32,000 nt of DNA from Candidatus Auribacterota bacterium (GTDB lineage: Bacteria; Auribacterota; UBA6266): assembly GCA_023136205.1 (NCBI GenBank), contig JAGLRQ010000064.1:9526-41525 (forward strand), given 5' to 3'. Both the position numbers and the translations under genes were made by a program. Positions 15,493-23,200 of this stretch are shown here, piece by piece. Each line of letters begins with the position of its first letter. Within the stretch, counting starts at the first letter, position 1. The notes under the pieces were generated by a model. The model was not told where the DNA came from and searched no databases. It was given only the letters and a program-made list of their open reading frames with translations.

Positions 15493-15957
15493 ATGACACA
15501 AGAAATGACAGAACTCAAAATATTCTTTGATTTGCCAAAGACTTTTGAGATACAGAACATTAAGCCCCTTATGGGGCTGACGGGATTGTATTTTATTTTC
15601 AATGGAAAGACAAAAATTCAATATCCTTTCAAGAAATCGCGACTGCTATACATTGGAATGAGCGAGAAAAAAACAAACAGCATAGGGAGCCGTCTAGCAG
15701 GTCATTTTGAAGGAAAAAGTAAAAACGTTGGAATTGTCAACTATAGAAAAACTAAACAGTTGTTTTTTACCTACATCAATTTCGAGATGCTTCGCAAATT
15801 CTGGAACCACAGAATAGAAGACCTTGAAAGCTACTTCATTCTGGACTTTGTTGAGAAGTACGGAGTTTATCCCATTTGTAACAATAAGTCTGGTTACGAA
15901 ATATTGAACAAAAAACTAAACGCCAATTTTATTATAGATTGGTTATATTTTGAATAA
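15493..15957 (+). CDS. stand-alone GIY-YIG nuclease-domain protein
   Basis: Counting from ATG 15493: G31-L-Y33, Y53-I-G55, R67 (SRLAGH71), E112 (DLESYFILDF) and N130 (YPICNN) reproduce the order of GIY-YIG catalytic residues. The ORF track's longer version starts at GTG 15439, so the start is uncertain. Confidence 0.7.
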   Translation: MTQEMTELKIFFDLPKTFEIQNIKPLMGLTGLYFIFNGKTKIQYPFKKSRLLYIGMSEKKTNSIGSRLAGHFEGKSKNVGIVNYRKTKQLFFTYINFEMLRKFWNHRIEDLESYFILDFVEKYGVYPICNNKSGYEILNKKLNANFIIDWLYFE

Positions 15958-15968
15958 ACACTTAAGTT

Positions 15969-16178
15969 ATGAATAAAAAAATAAAAAGTGGTAAAGATGT
16001 CATTGATGAGTTCTTCTCAGAAATTCTAAATATAGAAGACGTTGACCAAAAGACAGTGGAAAAGCTGGTTGAATTGTATAAAGAGAATAACCTAACTGAC
16101 AGAAAGATTCAGAACGCATTAGAGGAACTGAAACAAGCAGAACTTAATTCAAAAGCGCGAAACGATGGCAAAGATTAA
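15969..16178 (+). CDS. 69-aa acidic helical protein, unknown function (possible middle component)
   Basis: 11 nt downstream of the GIY-YIG gene, and its 3' end overlaps the ATPase gene by 14 nt. The sequence is predicted all-helical by eye (DEFFSEILNIEDVDQKTVEKLVELYKENNLTDRKIQNALEELKQAEL). I recognise no family. Confidence 0.55.
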   Translation: MNKKIKSGKDVIDEFFSEILNIEDVDQKTVEKLVELYKENNLTDRKIQNALEELKQAELNSKARNDGKD

Positions 16179-18573
16179 ATCAATCAATATAAGCGGAATA
16201 AGAGGTGTTAAAGACCTTTTGACACTTGACATCAACAAGAAATCCATTTTGATTTATGGCGACAATGGAACAGGAAAGAGTTCTCTGACTGATGCCTTTG
16301 AATGGTTATTTTACGATCGTATTGGTCATTTATCCAATGAAGAAATTGGAAGAAAAGGTCGAGACGCCTTAAGAAACATTTTCGTTCCAGGCAATGAAGA
16401 TGGTTATATCGAAATCAAGTTTGATAATAACAAACTGGACATAAAAAAGTCAATCGACAGTTCGATAAGTGCTTCTACTTCTAACATATCAGATGAATTC
16501 AATGACTTTATTGCCGCCTCACAATCCGAAAATCTTATTCTTCGCTACCGTGACTTAGTGCAATTTATTATTGCGAGCAAAACCGAGAAACTAACAAAAC
16601 TGCAAAACATTATTGGCTTTTCAGAGGTCGCTGATGTCAGGAGCTTACTGAAGAAGAATGCCGGACGAATTGCCCGCAATATCAAATCTTCTAATTATGA
16701 CAACCAAAAGAATGTGAAGCAATCAATAATACTTGAAAACCTTGGGAGAAATGCCCATTCAGATGAGCAACTTTTTGAAGGAGCGAATGAACTCATTAAG
16801 CCATTGAAGCTTGGTATCGAAATTAAATCTCGTGAGGATATAAAGAAAGTTTTAAAGAAAATTGAGACCAAAGAGGACAACGCTTTACTTGAACAAATCA
16901 ACTTTTTCACAAGAATGTGGGAGGTCTTATCAGAAGTTGTTGGAAATGTTGACAATATTCATGAAAGCTACAAATCATATCACACCATTGGCAAAGAGTT
17001 GAAAAAAGACCCAGAGAAGATTAAGAAATTGCAGCTGCTTGCTCTTTTGAAAGAAGGCCAGTCAGTTCTTAAGAATGATGTTGTGCAGGACAACTATTGC
17101 CCACTTTGTCAACAAGAAAAGAGCAAGGTTCAACTAATTCAAGAGTTGAACAAAAGAATTGAGGAATTGGAACAACTTGCTGAAGAGAAGAACAAATTAG
17201 ATGAGCAGGCAGAAGAACTTGAACAATTGATTCAGCCAAACATTAACATGATAGACAGTTTGCTAAGGGAGAAGCTATTTAAGAAGGATAAATACGAAAA
17301 ATTGAAAAGTCAGATTGCAGAAGTCAAGAAATCATTAAACAGCTTTCTTTATGAGCTTAAAAAAGGTTTATCGGTTGCTTTTGCAGAGCCAGGCAAAATC
17401 AAGATTGATAAAAACGAATTTTATATAATTGTCAAGCAATCACAAGATACCGCAAAAATTCTTACGGAAAATCAATCATCAAACATAAAGTTCCAGATTT
17501 ATACTAAGTTGTCCCAAGCGGTAACTGCTTATGAAGAATATCAAAGAATAGAAAAAGAGCAAGGCATCCTAAGCAGGCAGCAAGTTACGTTTGAAGGGCT
17601 TTATGCTGATTTCATAAAAAGACAAGAAGAAGCCCTCAACGTATTCCTGACAATGTTCTCTCAAGACATCGATGACTATTATACAACTATGAACCCCAAC
17701 GAGAGAGTTGAGGACATAAAACTTGTGCCAATCAAAAAAGATGGTGATTTGGTAGGAATTACTATTGAATGCAGCTTTTTTGATGAGGCTAAAACTTTTC
17801 CAATTGCTTATTTGAGCGAAAGTCATCTCAATTGTCTTGGACTTTCGTTCTTTTTAGCTTCTGTCAAAGCATTTAACAAGGAGAACGAATTTTTCATATT
17901 GGATGATATTATATCCAGTTATGACAGGTCTCACCGAGCAAGATTTGCTAAGCTGTTGACCGAAAAATTCTCTGACTACCAAGTTATTCTTTTAACCCAT
18001 GAACAAGAGTTCTTTGAACTGGTGTCCAGTGATGTAAAGAACAAAGGATGGTCAATTAAGAATTTCAAGTGGACAAAAAATAGTGGTGCAGGTGTAGAAA
18101 AAGGAACGGTTAAAATCAAAGAACGAATTCTTAAGAAATTTAAAGAGAAGAATATAGATGGTCTTGGTAATGATATCAGAGTTTATACGGAGAAGGTTAT
18201 GAAAGAAGTCGCATTTAATATAGAAGCCCCTGTAGCATTCCGATATAATGCACTTAATGAGAAGCGAATGGCCCCAGAATTATTGAATGCTGTTCAAAGT
18301 CGAATTTCAAAAAAAGGAAATGGGCTAAAAGAGAAGGCCAACATTACAAGGGTGAAAGGTATGCCTATGTTCATTGGAAATACGACTTCTCACGACAACG
18401 AATTCAATGAGAGTATTGAGGACTTGGAAGTGATGTGGGAAAATATTGAGAACATGATCCGCACATTTTACTGTAACAGTTGTAGGAAGTTTATGTCAGT
18501 TAAGTATTTCGACAATGTAGAGAGTAAAATCAGGTGTGGATGTGGTAATCTGACCTATGATTGGGAAAAATGA
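16165..18573 (+). CDS. SMC/Rad50-like ABC ATPase with CxxC zinc hook and PrrC/RloC-like C-terminal domain (AAA_13/RloC-like or LmuB-like)
   Basis: Walker A GDNGTGKSS (aa 32-40). Roughly 400 aa of heptad-rich helix with C312-P-L-C315 (nt 17098-17109) in the middle. ABC-signature-like LSESHLNCLGLSFFLA, Walker B FFILDD (D580, D581; DDIISSYD resembles the AAA_13 DDPisSLD), H-loop VILLTHE. The C-terminal domain has R672-x3-E676, H743, and C770-x2-C773...C791-x-C793. Confidence 0.8.
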   Translation: MAKIKSINISGIRGVKDLLTLDINKKSILIYGDNGTGKSSLTDAFEWLFYDRIGHLSNEEIGRKGRDALRNIFVPGNEDGYIEIKFDNNKLDIKKSIDSSISASTSNISDEFNDFIAASQSENLILRYRDLVQFIIASKTEKLTKLQNIIGFSEVADVRSLLKKNAGRIARNIKSSNYDNQKNVKQSIILENLGRNAHSDEQLFEGANELIKPLKLGIEIKSREDIKKVLKKIETKEDNALLEQINFFTRMWEVLSEVVGNVDNIHESYKSYHTIGKELKKDPEKIKKLQLLALLKEGQSVLKNDVVQDNYCPLCQQEKSKVQLIQELNKRIEELEQLAEEKNKLDEQAEELEQLIQPNINMIDSLLREKLFKKDKYEKLKSQIAEVKKSLNSFLYELKKGLSVAFAEPGKIKIDKNEFYIIVKQSQDTAKILTENQSSNIKFQIYTKLSQAVTAYEEYQRIEKEQGILSRQQVTFEGLYADFIKRQEEALNVFLTMFSQDIDDYYTTMNPNERVEDIKLVPIKKDGDLVGITIECSFFDEAKTFPIAYLSESHLNCLGLSFFLASVKAFNKENEFFILDDIISSYDRSHRARFAKLLTEKFSDYQVILLTHEQEFFELVSSDVKNKGWSIKNFKWTKNSGAGVEKGTVKIKERILKKFKEKNIDGLGNDIRVYTEKVMKEVAFNIEAPVAFRYNALNEKRMAPELLNAVQSRISKKGNGLKEKANITRVKGMPMFIGNTTSHDNEFNESIEDLEVMWENIENMIRTFYCNSCRKFMSVKYFDNVESKIRCGCGNLTYDWEK

Positions 18574-18701
18574 AATGGAGTCTAATTAGTATAATTTGAA
18601 CACTTCCCATATTGTTGAAAAATTCCCTTACTCTCCTTCCCATTGTAACCACCTTTCTTCCGTGCTAAAATATTTGAATGAAACAGGCTGAAAAAATGAA
18701 T

Positions 18702-18849
18702 CCCCCCAGATTTGCATTAGCAAATTTAACAGGGGGACTAGCAAAGATGGAGGGGAACTGGTGGAATGATGCCCCTAGATTTGTATTAGCAAATCTAGCA
18801 GGGGGACTTTATCCCCCTAGATTTTGCAAATCTGACCAGGGGGACTAGC
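18702..18849 (+). repeat. three tandem C5/G5-clamped hairpin repeats (family 2)
   Basis: Copy A 18702-18742 CCCCCCAGATTTGCATTAGCAAATTTAACAGGGGGACTAGC. Copy B 18772-18809 CCCCTAGATTTGTATTAGCAAATCTAGCAGGGGGACTT, with a perfect 9-bp CTAGATTTG/CAAATCTAG stem. Copy C 18813-18849 CCCCCTAGATTTTGCAAATCTGACCAGGGGGACTAGC. All have the same orientation. Confidence 0.9.
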
Positions 18850-19830
18850 GTGTACGAAATTGACCCGCATAACAAGATCATCTTCACAAAAACAGGAAGA
18901 AAATCAAAACTTCCCAAATACAGAGAAGTTATTGACGGCAGAATCAAAATAGATAAAAACAACTCTTTTATCTACCATGTAAAACAACCTCAGGATTCCA
19001 AAGTTCCTCAGCAGATTAAACTTTCAGGAAAATGGTCTTTAAATAAAAACCATGACCTTGTGCTTACCTTAGATAAGAAGCATAAGATGTATGCCGGAGA
19101 TAAGCTCACAATAAAAGGTGAGATAAAAGACGCGAAAGCAAATAAGCTGGTGTTCTCTGTTGCCGCAAAAGACGGTTTGAGTCAATACCTGGGATATATT
19201 TTAAACCTTAGCGGCAGCTGGCAGGCTGATAAGTATAACCGCCTGACGTTCAACGTAAAAAGAAACAAAGGCGCAACAGATGTATTAACTTTTAAGGGTG
19301 GCTGGAGCATTAATAAACAGAACCAGATTATTTATACTTATGAAAAAGCACATTTAAAAACTAAGGAGAAGATAACAAAGACTATAAGACTCAAAGGGCA
19401 TTGGAACATAACAGAGAAACACAGGATTTTATACGTTTTAAATAAAAAAATAGATTCACAATTTGATTTTAAAGTAAGCCTGGGAAAACCGCTTAAAAGA
19501 GGACTGCAGTACGAAATAGGGATAGGAAGTGTTCCTTCTAGGGAAAAGATAAATCTTTTCGGTGAATGGAAGGTAAATAAAAGATTAGGAGTTCTCTTTG
19601 AAATGCCGTATGAAAAAGAAAAACTCAAAAGGATTGTCTTTGGAGCAAGCTGTAGGCTGGGCGAGAACAGCACCGTTGAGTTTAAACTGAAAAATAAACG
19701 AGGGCAAGATATGGGAATGGATATTCAGCTTTCAAAGAAAATATTGAAAAGCCAGGGGGCTCTTTTCCTGCGCGCTATCACATCAAAAAAAGAGAAGCAA
19801 TTTTTAATCGGCGGCGGGTGGAGGTGGTAG
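18850..19830 (+). CDS. 326-aa basic repeat protein of unknown function (~30-residue G-x-W beta-hairpin-like repeats)
   Basis: GTG start lies 5 nt after AGGGGGA (18838-18844). No signal peptide. Recurrent h-x-G-x-W-x-h-x-K/N-x-x-h-h-h-x-h units with Trp at aa 62, 124, 152, 185, 240 and 324 (KLSGKWSLNKNHDLVLTL, LSGSWQADKYNRLTFNV, FKGGWSINKQNQIIYTY, LKGHWNITEKHRILYVL, LFGEWKVNKRLGVLFEM, IGGGWRW). Confidence 0.7.
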   Translation: MYEIDPHNKIIFTKTGRKSKLPKYREVIDGRIKIDKNNSFIYHVKQPQDSKVPQQIKLSGKWSLNKNHDLVLTLDKKHKMYAGDKLTIKGEIKDAKANKLVFSVAAKDGLSQYLGYILNLSGSWQADKYNRLTFNVKRNKGATDVLTFKGGWSINKQNQIIYTYEKAHLKTKEKITKTIRLKGHWNITEKHRILYVLNKKIDSQFDFKVSLGKPLKRGLQYEIGIGSVPSREKINLFGEWKVNKRLGVLFEMPYEKEKLKRIVFGASCRLGENSTVEFKLKNKRGQDMGMDIQLSKKILKSQGALFLRAITSKKEKQFLIGGGWRW

Positions 19831-20243
19831 AAAAGAATGGAGCCAACTGATAAAATGATTGGTTTTAGATAAAACAATTTTTATCCTAAAAGGTCACCTA
19901 AAAAAATAGGTTCCTAACTTCCGCAACTGCAAGAAGTTACAAAACTCTCTAAAATCCCCCCTTGACATTTATTTGTTTTTGTAAAGAATGGTAGTATTCA
20001 TCTGTGATAAATTCAGCGTTTGGCTAATGTCCCATATAATATATTTAAAATAATCTATCTAATCCTAAAAGAAAGATTTTTTACATGACATTAAGGCGTC
20101 TCATTAACCCTTACCCTCTTTATTCCTCAAATAAAAACTATAGTATTGATTTCAAATTTGCTGATACCTATTATTTACAAAAAAAGCATTATGTGAGAGA
20201 AACTAACAGTTTTGAATAAATAATTTATCAGAAAGGAAAATCT

Positions 20244-23200
20244 ATGCAAAAAACAAAAAGCATAATTTCAGTCTTTATACTTTCTTTTATATCTCTAATC
20301 CTAAACTCCTCAGCAGTTTTGGCAGTTGATGTTGATATGGAAGCAGGCACTACTGCCACTTATACTTTAACGGTTAAAAACATTGGTATTGTTCCTATGA
20401 CCGATATAGGGGGAGAAGCTTCCATAGTAAGTTTAGGCCAACACGGCAAATTTTCCATCAAAAAGGGCAAATTTTCCATTTCTTCGATTTCTGAGGGAAA
20501 TGAAGCTATTGTGAAATTTCAAGTTACAGCGCCTCCCCAGCCCGATCCGGAAAATCCTATAATTATGAAGGGTGAAGCAACTTTTACTATAACAAAGGTA
20601 AAAGATCAAGACGGCAAGAAAGCTCCTTTTATTTGTACTGATGGGAAAGATACAATTAGCGCTGATCCGACGTTTATCCAACGTACAAGAAAAGCTATTA
20701 TTACCGCAGGTGGCGGTAGCCCAATAAATTCATATAACAAGTATTATAATTATCCGCTGCCTCAAGAAATTTCTGTTAATCCATCTTTACCAAATGATAT
20801 TTCCATATATTATATGTACCGGTTTACATCTTTCGATATGGAAGCGCAGATTACAATATCTGAAGGATCCTTGTCGGAAGATACTGTGATAGCCATAAAT
20901 AATACAGATAAATCAAATATTGAGATCCAGTTAGTCAAAGCCCAATATGACACTGAGCTATCGGCCTATAATCAGGGGATTAAATCCGAAGTTAATACTT
21001 CTATCAACATTGATACCCAGTCCTATATAAATGAAGCAGTAACAAGAGGTATGGATGAACAGACTGTTACGGATTACATTAACAATACCATTTCAACTGC
21101 TCAAAATAATCTAAATACTGCAATTGATAATTTGATTAATACCACCCACAACACATTACTTCCAGCTTTAGAACCTGTTAATGTCCAGATAAGCAGTAAG
21201 GTAGGCGCAGTTATTAATGATGTCATTGTTAAAGAAAATCAGTTTATCAGAGATAGAGAAGATGCTATTCAAAAAGCCCAAGTGGAAAACAATATAGATG
21301 ATTTAGCCGCACAACTTGAAGCTAACGGCGCCTCAGAGGAAATTATTAATCAAATCCAAGAGGAAGCAGAAGAAAAAGCCGAATCCCAATCAGCTATAGC
21401 TATAAGCCTCTTGGAAGCCTCTAAATTTAACGATATAAAAACACTTCACGATGATGGAAATCTTTTTATCCAAAACTTAATCTTTGACACTAATAAAACT
21501 GTTACTTCGAAAAATAATACTTTAAGACAGCAAATTCTTGATGGAAAAGACAATTCTCAATCCAATGCTGAAAAGGATATTATCACCTATATCAGAGGTA
21601 TTACCGATACTGTTTTATCCATAGCACAGATTAGTTTTCCCGTCGAAGCTCAAAGTATATCAGATGCCGTTAATTTTAGCGGTACGGCCTCTGATGAAAA
21701 TATAAAGGAATATACCTTAAGTTATTTTGATGGCGCCAACTGGAATATTGTCAATAACTCCATTACTTCAGTTACTAACTCCGCATTGGGCATCTGGAAT
21801 ACTAATACTGTAGCTAATGGTAACTATCCTGTTAGGCTAAGGGTAGTAGATACTGCTGGCAATGTAAGCAAGGCTACTATTAATGTAACGGTTAACAATC
21901 AGGACTTAACTGTACCGGTTATTACCATAGCTTCTCCGGCCTCGGGGGAAGAATCGGCCGGTGTTATAACTATCAATGGTTCTATCACCGAGAACTATTT
22001 ATCCAGTTACATAGTAGAATACTTCACAGAAGAAGAACCTGAAAACTGGATCCAGATAGGCAGCACTCATAAAGTGATTGATTCCTCAGGCATCTTAGCT
22101 TCTTTCAGCCCATTATTATTATCTAAAGGCAATCATACCCTTAGAATAACTGCTACCGACACAAGCAATAATTCCTCAAACCAGACGATAACTGTAAATA
22201 CTGGTCACAAATTCAACAACACAGGCGGGCAGCTCTATGCCGCTAACACCTTAGCAGATGACAGGAGGTTAGAATTTGCCTATAAATCATTTGATTTTAA
22301 GCCCAATAATCTAATGCTTAATCAACCCGCAGTCATTAAACTTCACTACACAGATGAGGAACTCAGTGACCGCGGTTATGAAGAAAATTTATTAAACATC
22401 TTTTTGTATGATGAAGAAACTTTTACATGGGAGGTAATCTCAACGCAAATTGATTTTGAAAACAATGTTCTAACGGCCAACATAAATAAATTAGGTGTTT
22501 ACGCTATAAAAGAAGACAAGCCGGATCTGGTTGATGTTGTTTTACCAAGCGCCGAAATTACTAATTCTGCTTATAACTCTTCTACCGGTATGATTGATAT
22601 AACCGGCACAGCTAATGACGAAAACTTAGAGTCCTATGTAGTAGAATACGGAGAGGGAGACATTCCTTATTATTGGATTAGAGTAGAAAATTCACCTAAA
22701 ATAATTATCAACAGCGTGCTGGCTGCTTTTGAGGCAAAGAATCTACTGCCTGGCAGTTACTCTGTAAGATTAACTGTTTACGACCAGGCGGAAAACAGTT
22801 CTCAAGCTGTCTCAAGCTTTATTGTTGGAGAAGATAAGATTATCAATCTATACACTTCATCTGACTATATTGCCCCTGAAGTAACCTCGGAAGATGTTCC
22901 CAAGGAAGTAACTATAACCTATCAAATTTTACAGGATACTTATAGCACGGTTAAAATTAAAGATGGTGATGCCAATGTGATTACTTTATTAGACAATCAA
23001 TTTCAAACTACCGGGATTCAACAAGTAGTCTGGGATGGGAAAGATGTAAATAACCAATTTGTCTCAGCTAAAACCTATACCATTGAAATAAGTACATCTG
23101 CAGGTACACAATTAACCACGCCCATAGAGGTAAAAGATTTAATTGCTAAAATATCTGTCCCCTATGAAAACTCTCTTGTCAGGGGCTCGGTACCTGTTTT

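Noticed and set aside
18702-18849. Possible CRISPR array
   Set aside because: There are only three repeats with gaps of 29 and 3 nt, and the third repeat is shortened. No cas genes or leader are present. The hairpin/RBS context fits a regulatory or REP-like element better.
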